Shown in pieces: positions 1 to 10,179 of a DNA stretch of 35,007 bases. Both the position numbers and the translations under genes were made by a program. A model generated the notes under the pieces. It saw nothing but the letters and a program-made list of their open reading frames with translations. It was not told the origin of the DNA and did no database searches. The stretch is from a virus (lineage: Duplodnaviria > Caudoviricetes): IMG/VR virus record IMGVR_UViG_3300032227_000639, positions 1 through 35,007 of that record, one strand, 5' to 3'. Within the stretch, counting starts at the first letter, position 1. Each line of letters starts with the position of its first letter.

Positions 1-38
1 AGTCCAGCTATTCCTGTTATTAATACTTTTTTATTCAT
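1..38 (-). CDS. NAD-dependent epimerase/dehydratase, N-terminus only (runs off window)
   Basis: ATG at 38-36 gives MNKKVLITGIAGL, the start of a Rossmann GxxGxxG motif; overlaps the stop of the preceding GT gene; not in ORF track. Confidence 0.7.
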   Translation of the reverse strand, partial: MNKKVLITGIAG

Positions 39-744
39 TTATATTTTTTTTAAAATTTTCAAATTCTAATTCACTTGGAAACTTTGTTAAATTTCCATAT
101 AGTTCCAAGAAGTATTCAGTGTATTTAGAATGATTTTCTCCATTAAAAGGATTTTTATATGTATAATTTCCCCATTTTCTTTCTATATATTCAGCATTAT
201 GTATAGACGCTTTTTTGGGTTTAACTATATCATTATTAGCTACACTTGAATTATACATGTGAGATACTCCTAAAGTGTGAATATCTATTCCTAATAATTT
301 TGCTCTATATTTATAGTCATTATCTTCGCATCCTACAAAAACAAAATTTTCATCGAATCTACCTATTCTTTTAAAAGTATCTTTATGAATAGCAAAAGTA
401 GAAAATTCAAATCCATTATTATAAGTGCCACAAAAATTATTGGCATCACAAGATTGAATAAGCGCATCAAAAATCTCTTCAGAAACAATGCCATCTTCTT
501 GTCCTACTATAATTTTTTCTAAATTAAAATAATTAAATGCAATATCGCATATAATATTCCATCCACCAGAACATCCTATATTTTTTTTATTTTTATGTAA
601 AACATTATTTTTTAAAGATTCAGGTACTTCTTGATTTCCATTATCTACAAATCTCATAACCGTATTAGGAAATTTATTTTTATCATACCACTGATTAAAA
701 TAATTTACTGCGTTATATCCTAATACAAAATAATCGTATTTCAT
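31..744 (-). CDS. glycosyltransferase family 2-like protein
   Basis: VDNG, NIGCSGGWN, IGRFDENF and EDNDYKYR motifs typical of GT2. Confidence 0.75.
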   Translation of the reverse strand: MKYDYFVLGYNAVNYFNQWYDKNKFPNTVMRFVDNGNQEVPESLKNNVLHKNKKNIGCSGGWNIICDIAFNYFNLEKIIVGQEDGIVSEEIFDALIQSCDANNFCGTYNNGFEFSTFAIHKDTFKRIGRFDENFVFVGCEDNDYKYRAKLLGIDIHTLGVSHMYNSSVANNDIVKPKKASIHNAEYIERKWGNYTYKNPFNGENHSKYTEYFLELYGNLTKFPSELEFENFKKNINE

Positions 745-1286
745 TATTTAGGTAATTTTATTCCAAAAAAATATAAGTCTTTAGCTACTGGATTGTATAT
801 AAACTTATGTATAGAAAAAAGGTTCTCTACATCCCAACAATTTTTTCTAATTATTTTTTCATTTAAATTCATATAATAATCTTCCCATTCATGCTGAATC
901 CAGTCTTCATTAGACGGACATGTTTTCTTTGTTCCATGCTCGTCTCTACCATCTCCTGCGCAAGTAAAGAAAAAAAGACCTCCAGGTTTTAAAAGCCTAT
1001 ACATATTATTCATTGTTTGATCCCAGAAAGGATCGTGTTCAAAACATTCTGTACTACATACTACATCAAATTTTTTATCAGTATCATACTTATGTCCTGG
1101 GCAAACTACATCTACATTTTTTCCTTCAGAAATGTCTACTCCTACATAATCAATATTTTCAAAATATATTTTATTATTTCCATTAATATCTTGAGATCCA
1201 ATATCTAAAACTCTAACATTTTTAAAAAGTGCTGGAATCATATTTTTTAACAGATAGCAAAAATTCATTTGAGCCGAGTGCGCCAT
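744..1286 (-). CDS. class I SAM-dependent methyltransferase
   Basis: VLDIGS motif I, FDVVCSTECFEH, LLKPGG. Confidence 0.85.
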   Translation of the reverse strand: MAHSAQMNFCYLLKNMIPALFKNVRVLDIGSQDINGNNKIYFENIDYVGVDISEGKNVDVVCPGHKYDTDKKFDVVCSTECFEHDPFWDQTMNNMYRLLKPGGLFFFTCAGDGRDEHGTKKTCPSNEDWIQHEWEDYYMNLNEKIIRKNCWDVENLFSIHKFIYNPVAKDLYFFGIKLPK

Positions 1287-1287
1287 A

Positions 1288-2184
1288 CTATACGTTTTTT
1301 ATTATTTGTTGTAAAACTTGTTCATCACTTAAATATGGATCTAATTCAATATGGTCGGAGTTTAAAAAATAGTGAATAGGTCCTAATTTAGGTTCTTTAA
1401 TTTTTTTAATCACTCCATTCCATCCATATAACTGGTGTACAAAGTCTCCTGTTATTATTGTCTTAGTTCCTACTCCTGCTGCTAAATTACATAAACCACC
1501 TTCTGTTCCTACAAAAGCATCACAATATTTAATTATAGAACATTCAAATAAAATAGATTTTTGATCTTCGTCTTCTACATTTATTGTTTGATGCTGTGAT
1601 ACAAATATAGGCATTCCAACTGGAATAATATTAAAATATCTTTCTAGTTCATTATAAATATATTTTATATTTCTATGCTTACCTCCATATCCTAAATTAG
1701 GAGTGTCTATACCAGCAATGTATTGTTCTTCACTAAATATATAAGTTTTAGATTCCCAACTTTGCATTATAGCAATAGTCTTTTTTCCGTTTGAATAGTT
1801 TTCTTTAATATAAGATTCAGCTATTTTATCATATTCATACTCAGTATATATTTTAAATTCTGCATCTGGGTTTTTTACTCCCGCGTATAATTGGAATTCT
1901 AATGCAGGAGGTATTTCAAAAGATAAGTGTTTTAATTTTATAACAGAATCATAATCTTCATAAGAAATTTTATTATTGATAGGTTCTAGATTAGGATACT
2001 CTGAATTATATACTTTTCTTATATACGGATTATTATCAAGAACTCTTTTCATTTGAGGAAATCCTATTAAATAATCGACATACGAATATTGATTTTCCTG
2101 AATTAACTTTTTTGCTATAGAGCTTGCAAAAGCTATATCTCCAAAATATCCGTAAGTCACAATTAAGCAACTTAAATTTTTCAT
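1288..2184 (-). CDS. glycosyltransferase family 9 (heptosyltransferase-like, GT-B)
   Basis: N-terminal GYFGDIAF, NNPYI, C-terminal FVGTEGGLCNLAAGVG resembling the GT9 D-S-G-x-x-H-L-A-A motif. Confidence 0.65.
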   Translation of the reverse strand: MKNLSCLIVTYGYFGDIAFASSIAKKLIQENQYSYVDYLIGFPQMKRVLDNNPYIRKVYNSEYPNLEPINNKISYEDYDSVIKLKHLSFEIPPALEFQLYAGVKNPDAEFKIYTEYEYDKIAESYIKENYSNGKKTIAIMQSWESKTYIFSEEQYIAGIDTPNLGYGGKHRNIKYIYNELERYFNIIPVGMPIFVSQHQTINVEDEDQKSILFECSIIKYCDAFVGTEGGLCNLAAGVGTKTIITGDFVHQLYGWNGVIKKIKEPKLGPIHYFLNSDHIELDPYLSDEQVLQQIIKNV

Positions 2185-2194
2185 AACTTTTGTT

Positions 2195-2926
2195 TTATAA
2201 TTTAATATTAAAGTCTATATCTGATCCGTCTAATTTTTTTATACCTATACTTTTTAAAAGATTTATTATCATAGGATAAAATGTATATCCATTTGTAGAT
2301 CCATACATACCTAAAAAAGGCAAAATATCACTAATGTCATTTTTTGGTAGATCTATACAATAAAATTTATTAAAATGATCACTAGATATTTTTTCAAATT
2401 CCCAAGGATTTATATTTTTATGAGTATCTAATAGTGATAATAGACAAGATTTTTTCCAAATTGCCAACATAAGACTATTTCTCCATTGGGTTCCTGGTAG
2501 TATTTCTTTAATTTTTATATCTTGTTCTATTTCTATAACTTCACCATTTCCAGGAGGTCCTGTATAAAATCTTATATAGTTTACTTTATTTTTATTTACA
2601 TAATCAAAAACAGAATTTATTTTATTTTGATTTATATAATCAGTAAAAATATAATCTTCTTGCATATATATTATATAATCTGAATCTATTAATTCCAATA
2701 CAGATGATAGTGCACTTGACCAATCACTTGGACCTAATGTAGGTTTATTTGTATTGTAATTAATTAATTTTAAATTTGTTTTAAAATTTGGAATTTTACT
2801 AGATTCAGAAACCATAAAGATGTCATATGGACAATCTGGCCAGTACTTATTAAATAATTGTAATTGAATATCCCACAAATAGTGGTATTTATCACAACTA
2901 CTAATTATGATACTAGGATTTTTCAT
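2195..2926 (-). CDS. putative GT-A fold glycosyltransferase
   Basis: SSCDKY start, YMQEDY (DxD-like), PWEFE; GT cluster context. Confidence 0.55.
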   Translation of the reverse strand: MKNPSIIISSCDKYHYLWDIQLQLFNKYWPDCPYDIFMVSESSKIPNFKTNLKLINYNTNKPTLGPSDWSSALSSVLELIDSDYIIYMQEDYIFTDYINQNKINSVFDYVNKNKVNYIRFYTGPPGNGEVIEIEQDIKIKEILPGTQWRNSLMLAIWKKSCLLSLLDTHKNINPWEFEKISSDHFNKFYCIDLPKNDISDILPFLGMYGSTNGYTFYPMIINLLKSIGIKKLDGSDIDFNIKL

Positions 2927-3558
2927 AATAAATTATTTTTTATATATAGTCCGTCACCCCATCCAAAACCTGTATTAAAAGATTTTTTTAGTGTATAACC
3001 TAAATTAGAAAGATATTCTGTTAAATCTTTTTCTATTACACAATTTTTGTACATATTCTCAAAATTCAATTCTGTATATATATAGTCTATATTGTTTATA
3101 TTTTTTTCAAATCCTTTTAAAACTAAATACTCAGCTCCTTGAACATCAATCATTAGCATGTTATATTTGCTTGTGTTAATATTGTTACGTTCTATTAAAG
3201 AATCTAGAGTACTAGTTTTTAATTTAATTTTATCAACTATTTTTGAATATTCTGGGTGGTACTTTGAATGTAAATCTAGTTCTAACATTGAAGAAGACTG
3301 TTCGTGATTTAGAATATAAAAATCTACTTCTAAATCATCAACATCAGATAGCAAACTATTAAATACTATATCATTTTCAGAAATTTTTTTAGATAAATCA
3401 TTAATTACATTCGGGTTAGCATCTATAAAAATAAAGTTTTTACATAATTCTTTAAGTATTTTGTATTCTTTAACAGTATGACTTCCTACTTGAATTATAC
3501 CTTGTATTTTTAAATCAAATTCATTTCTGAGATCCCTTAAGTCCATTTCTATTAGCAT
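2923..3558 (-). CDS. FkbM family methyltransferase
   Basis: IIQVGSH, DANP, SSS, TLD, IDVQGAEYLVLKG. Confidence 0.85.
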   Translation of the reverse strand: MLIEMDLRDLRNEFDLKIQGIIQVGSHTVKEYKILKELCKNFIFIDANPNVINDLSKKISENDIVFNSLLSDVDDLEVDFYILNHEQSSSMLELDLHSKYHPEYSKIVDKIKLKTSTLDSLIERNNINTSKYNMLMIDVQGAEYLVLKGFEKNINNIDYIYTELNFENMYKNCVIEKDLTEYLSNLGYTLKKSFNTGFGWGDGLYIKNNLL

Positions 3559-4286
3559 ATATTAATTTTATAGTTTTTACTTTTTATCCATCTAAGATTT
3601 TCTATACCTGTTGATAATTCTTCATAGTCATATTCCATATTTTTATATCCTATATGTCTATCTTTATATGATTGTTCATAAAAGTATTTTTTACCAGAAT
3701 AAAAATCATATTGCTGTTCTGTAGTTTTTTTAGACATATCTCCATTATCTTCATGGTATAAACATAAAAATGTTCCTACATCATTTCTTTTTACTGGGAT
3801 ATTTGCCCATACAAACCTCTCTCTTAGGTCTTCATCTTCATTTCCCCATCCTTTATAAAGTGGATTTAATCCATTTATCTGTTCAAAATGAGATCTAGTC
3901 ATACAAATAACTCCGCCATAAAATGCATCATCTATTTCTTCAGACCACTTTCTATATCCTCCTGGTATATCAAAAAAATCTCTTGGATTTTTATTATCTT
4001 TTGATAAAAAAATGCCTTTTCTTGCAGGTAAAATTGGTGTGTCACTTACTTTGTAAGAGACATCATCTGTAGGATAGTAATCTACTTGTTGTAAAACTAT
4101 GATATCTCCTTTTGAATGTATGAAACCTACATTTTCTACACATGATATTCTAAAATTATCTGTATCGTCTTGCTCAGAAACTATTATTTCATAGCTTTGA
4201 TCTTTAAATAATTCTTGTAGTCTAGGAATAATTATTTGGAGGTGCTCTTCTCTATTTCTGTAAGGTATAATTATTGAATACGTCAT
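3552..4286 (-). CDS. glycosyltransferase family 7 (beta-1,4-galactosyltransferase-like)
   Basis: IIIPYRNREEHL, YGGV, ING, GWGNEDED; the DVD motif reads QVD. Confidence 0.8.
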   Translation of the reverse strand: MTYSIIIPYRNREEHLQIIIPRLQELFKDQSYEIIVSEQDDTDNFRISCVENVGFIHSKGDIIVLQQVDYYPTDDVSYKVSDTPILPARKGIFLSKDNKNPRDFFDIPGGYRKWSEEIDDAFYGGVICMTRSHFEQINGLNPLYKGWGNEDEDLRERFVWANIPVKRNDVGTFLCLYHEDNGDMSKKTTEQQYDFYSGKKYFYEQSYKDRHIGYKNMEYDYEELSTGIENLRWIKSKNYKINIC

Positions 4287-5134
4287 ATATTTTTATCAAA
4301 ATAAGATTTAAAATTAGGAACTCTATCATATTGATGGATTATAAAATAAGGTTCATTATGCTTTTTAGAATATACTAATCCATCTTTAAAATAACAGTAA
4401 TCTTCTATATTTTCTATTATGGCTCCTATTTGAAAAGCCCATAAATCATTATAATTAACAATTTGACACTTATCTTTTAATAAAGTTTTTGTTAGTATAT
4501 TAAATGAAGGTTGATCAGCATGTCCTATATTATTAGACATTAGATATATAATAAGACATAAATCTTTACAAATTGTAGATTTACATGCAAATGTACCTAC
4601 ATTAAAAACAAAATCATCTTTTAATAAGTATTCATACACATATGGTCCAAAATTAATAAGAGCATTATTAGTATTCCAATCTTGATTAGAATATAAAACT
4701 CCCTCGGAAGGCACTAGTATTTCATTAGTCATATTTTTATCTAACCATTCGGATGGGTTTTTTTGAAATACAACATCTCTACCATCCATAAAGATAATCC
4801 TTTCATATTCTTCTTCAATTTTATTTTCTGTAAAATATTGCCATAAATGAAAAAGTCTTACATTATGAATTAATTTATTAGCATTACCATTATTAACATA
4901 TCCAGAGTGCCATAAAAAATTAGTTTCTATTTCTGCTCTATATGTATTTTGAGGCTCTAAAGTTAAAACTCCTAAATCATTTAACTTATGTATGTACTCT
5001 TTATTATTATTAAAATTATAACATATAAATAAAATATCCCCAGAATAATTAGTTTTCTTTAAAGATCCTATCCAATTTTTTATATCTGTCCATTCGTAAT
5101 TTTCACTTATTGTAGAAACTATTAAATCTTTCAT
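4283..5134 (-). CDS. putative GT-A fold glycosyltransferase
   Basis: MDGRDVVFQKNP, DQPSFN, HQYDR motifs. Confidence 0.6.
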   Translation of the reverse strand: MKDLIVSTISENYEWTDIKNWIGSLKKTNYSGDILFICYNFNNNKEYIHKLNDLGVLTLEPQNTYRAEIETNFLWHSGYVNNGNANKLIHNVRLFHLWQYFTENKIEEEYERIIFMDGRDVVFQKNPSEWLDKNMTNEILVPSEGVLYSNQDWNTNNALINFGPYVYEYLLKDDFVFNVGTFACKSTICKDLCLIIYLMSNNIGHADQPSFNILTKTLLKDKCQIVNYNDLWAFQIGAIIENIEDYCYFKDGLVYSKKHNEPYFIIHQYDRVPNFKSYFDKNI

Positions 5135-6093
5135 AACTCTAAAATTTTAATTAAATTTTGTGTAATATTTGGATAAGTTACATTTTTTAAGTACCAATTT
5201 CTAGCATTTGTAGAAATGTTTTGTAACAAATTATCATCTTTAATAACTTCTTTATATTTTTGTATTACTAAACTAGCTAATTTTTCTGGATTTTTATATC
5301 TATAGGTTTCATCAAACTCGCAGTCTACAGCTATATAATGATAATCTGGTATTAAAGGATCCTCTGTTTTTGCAGCGTACTTCGGTCTTATTGTAGGTAT
5401 TCCTAATCCATATAATTCTATATCTCTTAAGCAAAAATCACCACAAGAGTAACCTCCTCCAACTCCAAAACATAAGGCTAGTTTATAATTTATGCATTCT
5501 TTAATATAAGAATCAAAAGAAATTGGATGGTATCCAAAATGAAAATCTTTTAATTGATTTGCTATATATTCTATAGCTATTCTTCTATCATATTCTACTA
5601 TATTAGGATCTTTATATATACTACCTCTCCAATATAAATCTGTATTAAGAGAAATATTTTTTCTGTAATTATAAACATCTTCATAATTTTCTAAACCAAA
5701 ATGCCAATAAGATTCAGGATAAAAGCTTGGTTTTATTTTATTTCTTAAATTTTTATCTTTTATAGTTTGATCCCACAAATCTACATTATATTGACCTATC
5801 GCAGCTCCAATAAAATTTTTAGACAAACTTAATTTTACAGATATAGTTGGTGCATCTCCAAAATCAAAAGTTTTAAACTCTTTTGTATCATCAAATTCAA
5901 ATATCAATATAGATCCTTGATTAATTAAAACATCGCAATCATTTTTATAATAGTAGTTATCATTTCCACTATATTCTTTATGCACAATATTATATATTTT
6001 ACTTAATTCTTTTATAAGGTTTTGAGTATTATGATTGTCAAATCTTTCAGAAGCTATACCTTTATGAAAAGAATATAAATTTAAAGTTCTCAT
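5131..6093 (-). CDS. putative glycosyltransferase (GT-B-like C-terminal domain)
   Basis: YWRGS, CLRDIELYGLGIP, LIPDYHY, NARNWY resemble GT-B C-terminal domains; cluster context. Confidence 0.5.
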   Translation of the reverse strand: MRTLNLYSFHKGIASERFDNHNTQNLIKELSKIYNIVHKEYSGNDNYYYKNDCDVLINQGSILIFEFDDTKEFKTFDFGDAPTISVKLSLSKNFIGAAIGQYNVDLWDQTIKDKNLRNKIKPSFYPESYWHFGLENYEDVYNYRKNISLNTDLYWRGSIYKDPNIVEYDRRIAIEYIANQLKDFHFGYHPISFDSYIKECINYKLALCFGVGGGYSCGDFCLRDIELYGLGIPTIRPKYAAKTEDPLIPDYHYIAVDCEFDETYRYKNPEKLASLVIQKYKEVIKDDNLLQNISTNARNWYLKNVTYPNITQNLIKILEL

Positions 6094-6096
6094 ATA

Positions 6097-6651
6097 CTAT
6101 TTTGTGAATTCATAATCTTCATGCACTCCTGATATTGATTGTATCATTCTATGGGATTTAAATCCTATTGAATTCATAGTTTCAAAGTAATCTTTTCTTT
6201 TTGGAGCTCCAATATTATACTCTATTCCATCAATTGGTATTTCCATTATTATCTTTTTAGCTGCTGAAAATATTCTACTTCCTCCTTTTATAATATCTAA
6301 TTCAGATCCTTGAACATCTATTTTAATAATATCAAAAAATCTATTAGGAAATAAATTGTCTAAAGTTTTTGTTCTTACTTTAATAACATCTATATTGTTT
6401 TCAGAAAAAAAATTAGTATTTTCTTTATAATAAGAAGCTCCTGTAGTTGTGGGATTATCTTTTGTTATATAAAAATCAACCTCTTTTTCTGTATCACTTA
6501 AACATTCTATATAGTACTCTACATTTAATTGCTTAAGTTTATACTCATTTTTTATATTAGCTTCTACTAAAGTAAAATCACACATAGGAAATCTGTGTTT
6601 ATTTTCAAGATACCAAAAACCATCATTTGCTCCTATATCAAGTATTTTCAT
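6097..6651 (-). CDS. FkbM family methyltransferase
   Basis: LDIGANDG, EAN, TLD, KIDVQGSEL. Confidence 0.88.
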   Translation of the reverse strand: MKILDIGANDGFWYLENKHRFPMCDFTLVEANIKNEYKLKQLNVEYYIECLSDTEKEVDFYITKDNPTTTGASYYKENTNFFSENNIDVIKVRTKTLDNLFPNRFFDIIKIDVQGSELDIIKGGSRIFSAAKKIIMEIPIDGIEYNIGAPKRKDYFETMNSIGFKSHRMIQSISGVHEDYEFTK

Positions 6652-6661
6652 ATATTTATTT

Positions 6662-7486
6662 TTATATTACTGCTCTGCCTTTCATATTTTCCCAATCTTT
6701 ATTAGTACGAACTTTTAGATTTGTATTTTTAGTAGCTAATAAAACTTCATGAATACAATCATGTTTCTGGCTAAGATGTATTAGTGCAGAAAGGTCTTTA
6801 GGGAAGCAATGTCCTCCAAAACCAAAATCTCCATCAGGTCCTGGTACAGCCCAATGGGAAGTTCCTATTCTTTGATCGTATGTAGCATATTCAATTACTT
6901 TATCGTAGTCTATGTTTAAAGAAGAACACAGTTGATATATTTCATTAGCAAAAGATACTTTTACTGATAAAAATGTATTGGTAACATATTTTACCATTTC
7001 TGCATGTGTAGAATCTGTTTTTATAATATGTGCATCAGGGAATACATTTGAAAATACTTGCTTAAGTTTTGTTGTAGCAGGTCTAGGTCCACCTAATATA
7101 ATTCTATTTTGTGAATTATAGTCTTTATCTGCATTTTTTTCTGTTAAAAACTCTGGATTAAAAACTACTGTAAGATTAGAATATGTTTTATTAAAATATT
7201 CTATTGTTCCAGGTATAATAGTTGATTTTACAATTACTATTTTATTTTTAGTTAGATTATTTATTTCTTTAATTGTGTTTTCAACTAAATCTATATTGCA
7301 AGATCCATCTAAATTCATTGGAGTAGGTAGGCAAATAAATATTATTTCACAATTTTTAAATAAAAAATCTTTATTTGAATTACATTTTGATTGATCTATA
7401 TCAAATGTAAATACATCATAATAATTTTTAAATTTTTTATAAACTGCGCTTCCTACAAATCCCTGGCCTATTATTCCTATATTCAT
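6662..7486 (-). CDS. ugd: UDP-glucose/GDP-mannose 6-dehydrogenase family protein (short form)
   Basis: GQGFVG, CLPTP, KST, NPEFL, AEMVKY, GFGGHCFPKD (catalytic Cys). Confidence 0.88.
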   Translation of the reverse strand: MNIGIIGQGFVGSAVYKKFKNYYDVFTFDIDQSKCNSNKDFLFKNCEIIFICLPTPMNLDGSCNIDLVENTIKEINNLTKNKIVIVKSTIIPGTIEYFNKTYSNLTVVFNPEFLTEKNADKDYNSQNRIILGGPRPATTKLKQVFSNVFPDAHIIKTDSTHAEMVKYVTNTFLSVKVSFANEIYQLCSSLNIDYDKVIEYATYDQRIGTSHWAVPGPDGDFGFGGHCFPKDLSALIHLSQKHDCIHEVLLATKNTNLKVRTNKDWENMKGRAVI

Positions 7487-8103
7487 ATTGTTTCGTATAA
7501 TTTATTTTGTCTTTCTTGTCTTTCTATATCTTTAGGATGAAATAAACAGTATTCTTCTGATTGTGGTAGTACTGAGTACTCTTGAAAACCATCTAACCTC
7601 TCATGTACTTTATTTATCCACTTAATACTATTCTTATTTTTCCATATTCTCCATTGATAATCTGGGAAATTAACCCAACCTTTATCATCAACTCTCCATC
7701 CCCATTTTTGGATATGCTGCTCAGTTAATTCTGATACTGTATTAATCCTAGGTACCAAAAATACATCAATTGTTTGATTGTATTCTAATATATCTGCCAA
7801 GTTAGTAATTAAATGTGTATGGGGATATTCATCTGCATCTATTTGAAATATATAGTCTTTAGTACAATGCTTACTAAGGTTATTTTTGAATGAAGCAAAG
7901 TCTTTATTAAGAGGAAATTCTATAGCATACCAATTATTTCTCATATAATCAGTACACAGTGCTTTTACTTCAGGTGTAGCTGTTAAATCTATTTGAATTA
8001 CAACTTCATCTTTAGGACGAATATTATTTTCTAACATTTCCAATAAACGTTCTAATTCAACGTGCTCGTTACAAGCGGTTATAGCATAACTAATTGATGG
8101 CAT
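7483..8103 (-). CDS. glycosyltransferase family 2
   Basis: ITACNE, IDADE (DxD), PDYQWR, VHE. Confidence 0.85.
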   Translation of the reverse strand: MPSISYAITACNEHVELERLLEMLENNIRPKDEVVIQIDLTATPEVKALCTDYMRNNWYAIEFPLNKDFASFKNNLSKHCTKDYIFQIDADEYPHTHLITNLADILEYNQTIDVFLVPRINTVSELTEQHIQKWGWRVDDKGWVNFPDYQWRIWKNKNSIKWINKVHERLDGFQEYSVLPQSEEYCLFHPKDIERQERQNKLYETI

Positions 8104-8108
8104 AATAT

Positions 8109-8555
8109 TTATTTTATATCATAGAAGCCAATATATTCACAGGCTTCAAAATAATCATTACCAAAACTTTTTAGTGTCTTAGAATCTGATTTATATTTCT
8201 TTCCTTTGAATTTAGGAAGTTCTTTTTCTTCTTCTGTGAGTTCTACACTTTTAATAGAACTCCATTCCCATTCATCTTTTGAAGCGCCATTAGCAAATAC
8301 AGTTCCTTTGCCTTCTATATTAATTACATTAGGATACCAAACTCTTCCATCTTCGTCAGTTTGTTTTATATCTTTATAAAGTTCGGGAAGTTCATTCTCA
8401 TATTTTTCAAAGTTGAATTCACTTTCACGCATCAAGTCATTTGTTTGAAAACCACAAGATAGACAAACATAAGCTTTGTGAAATTCATTTACAGGCTGAG
8501 TGTAACAAGACTCTGGAGCTTTACACTTTGGGCATGTTATTAAATTATCAGTCAT
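8109..8555 (-). CDS. hypothetical protein with zinc ribbon
   Basis: CPKC and CLSCGF pairs. Confidence 0.6.
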   Translation of the reverse strand: MTDNLITCPKCKAPESCYTQPVNEFHKAYVCLSCGFQTNDLMRESEFNFEKYENELPELYKDIKQTDEDGRVWYPNVINIEGKGTVFANGASKDEWEWSSIKSVELTEEEKELPKFKGKKYKSDSKTLKSFGNDYFEACEYIGFYDIK

Positions 8556-8874
8556 TGAGTTGTTGTTTAGTTGTATAAGTTACATTAGTGTGGTTAGGTA
8601 AATTAGTTGCTGTTGAATTACTAATCCCAGTATTTAAAACTCCGGTACCAGCAGATCTTAACCAGCTTGGTGGTGTTCCATTAGGCGGAAAAAGATCAGT
8701 GCCGGGTTTATTATACCAATCGTCTATTTCTACATCTATACCTGGATTGTCATTATAGTCTTGTACTTCATTCAATACTTCTTTAATACGATCCCATTGT
8801 TTTGGTGTAGGAGTAAAATCATTACACGCTTCTGTAAAACCTTTTAACCATATTGTAAATTCACTGGTTGTCAT
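8548..8874 (-). CDS. hypothetical phage protein
   Basis: ORF overlapping both neighbours; FTIWLKGF N-terminus. Confidence 0.55.
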   Translation of the reverse strand: MTTSEFTIWLKGFTEACNDFTPTPKQWDRIKEVLNEVQDYNDNPGIDVEIDDWYNKPGTDLFPPNGTPPSWLRSAGTGVLNTGISNSTATNLPNHTNVTYTTKQQLND

Positions 8875-10178
8875 TAGTCTACTTTTTTAAGTTTTGGTAA
8901 CTCGATCTTCTTGAGTTGCGGAAGTTGAATAGAAGTTTGTTTTGGAATTCTATCTAAGTAACTAGCAAGCAAACTTTTCATTTCATCAAACGAGAATTTA
9001 GTTCTAGATAAGTGAGATTGACGTTTAGCAAGTTCTTCATACTTAGAATACTTTTCATAGACATTCTTTAGATATGTACTTGCTTGATTAACATCTGGGC
9101 TCAACCACATGGATTCGGCCAATATTATATTTTGTACTTGGGCAGATGGGTGAACATTTTTTAACTCGCCACTAACTAAACAACAGAACTCTTGATCAAG
9201 AAAATCAACATGTCCAGACCATCCTGATACTATAATTGGTTTTTTACTAAGAGTAAATTCTAATAAAGGTCTACCAAATCCCTCACCTTTAGTTAGATTA
9301 AACATTGCTTTTACTTTAGGGTGATTATAAAGATTGTTAATGTCTTTATCATCTAATTCTCCATGGAGTAAATAAACGCTAGGTAAATCTCCACTAACTA
9401 TATTTCTAATATCATCAATTTTTTTAAGCATCTCATCACGATCCATTATACTAGATCCAGCTCCAGATGTTTTCATTATAAGTGCTGGTTTATTTTTCTT
9501 ATCTTTAAATGTTTCAAAGAATGTTTTTAACATTAAGCTAGTATTCTTTCTATCTTCACCTAATTCTCCTTGAAGCCAATGTCCTACATATAGAAAACAA
9601 AACTCTTCTTTAATCTCATCTAATTCAAGTACTAGATCAGTTTCTTCAAGATTTTCATCTTCAATATGAAAGTACTTATTTAAATCTACTCCTTCAAATA
9701 AAACTTCAACAGGTTTTTCAAGTTTAATTATTCCAAGAACTTGATTTTGTTGATCTCTCTTTTCAAATGTAGATTGTTGAAATACTTTTTTAGAATGTTC
9801 TGATGATACTAGGGTTATGTTCATTCTATTAACTCCTTCTATCCAACTAGGATCACAAATAGTAGTTTCTATACCTGCGGTCAATCCTATATTATATTTT
9901 CCAATAGGTTGAAATTCATTTGGTACAGTAATTTGAATCCAAATATCTGGTTGTTTTGGCAATTGAGGGGCTTGTAATACTAAAGGTTCTAACCAACTAC
10001 ATTCCTCTTTATTTGCTTTTATATATCCCCAAGGAGTAACTCCCCAACGTTGAGATACTATTTTAATATCATACTCGTCTTTTTTTAATTCATATAGAGC
10101 TTTAACAAAGTCTCTAGATCTAGCACCATAACCTGAATACGTGTCAATAGGACAACTAATTACGCACAACTGTTTCAT
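8874..10178 (-). CDS. glycosyltransferase family 4
   Basis: SGYG, DRKN, GEGFGRPLLE (EX7E), GWSGHVDF. Confidence 0.85.
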   Translation of the reverse strand: MKQLCVISCPIDTYSGYGARSRDFVKALYELKKDEYDIKIVSQRWGVTPWGYIKANKEECSWLEPLVLQAPQLPKQPDIWIQITVPNEFQPIGKYNIGLTAGIETTICDPSWIEGVNRMNITLVSSEHSKKVFQQSTFEKRDQQNQVLGIIKLEKPVEVLFEGVDLNKYFHIEDENLEETDLVLELDEIKEEFCFLYVGHWLQGELGEDRKNTSLMLKTFFETFKDKKNKPALIMKTSGAGSSIMDRDEMLKKIDDIRNIVSGDLPSVYLLHGELDDKDINNLYNHPKVKAMFNLTKGEGFGRPLLEFTLSKKPIIVSGWSGHVDFLDQEFCCLVSGELKNVHPSAQVQNIILAESMWLSPDVNQASTYLKNVYEKYSKYEELAKRQSHLSRTKFSFDEMKSLLASYLDRIPKQTSIQLPQLKKIELPKLKKVD

Positions 10179-10179
10179 A

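Noticed and set aside
3552-4286. GT7 pseudogene because DVD reads QVD
   Set aside because: The ORF is intact and the GWGxEDxD catalytic motif is retained; one substitution is not enough
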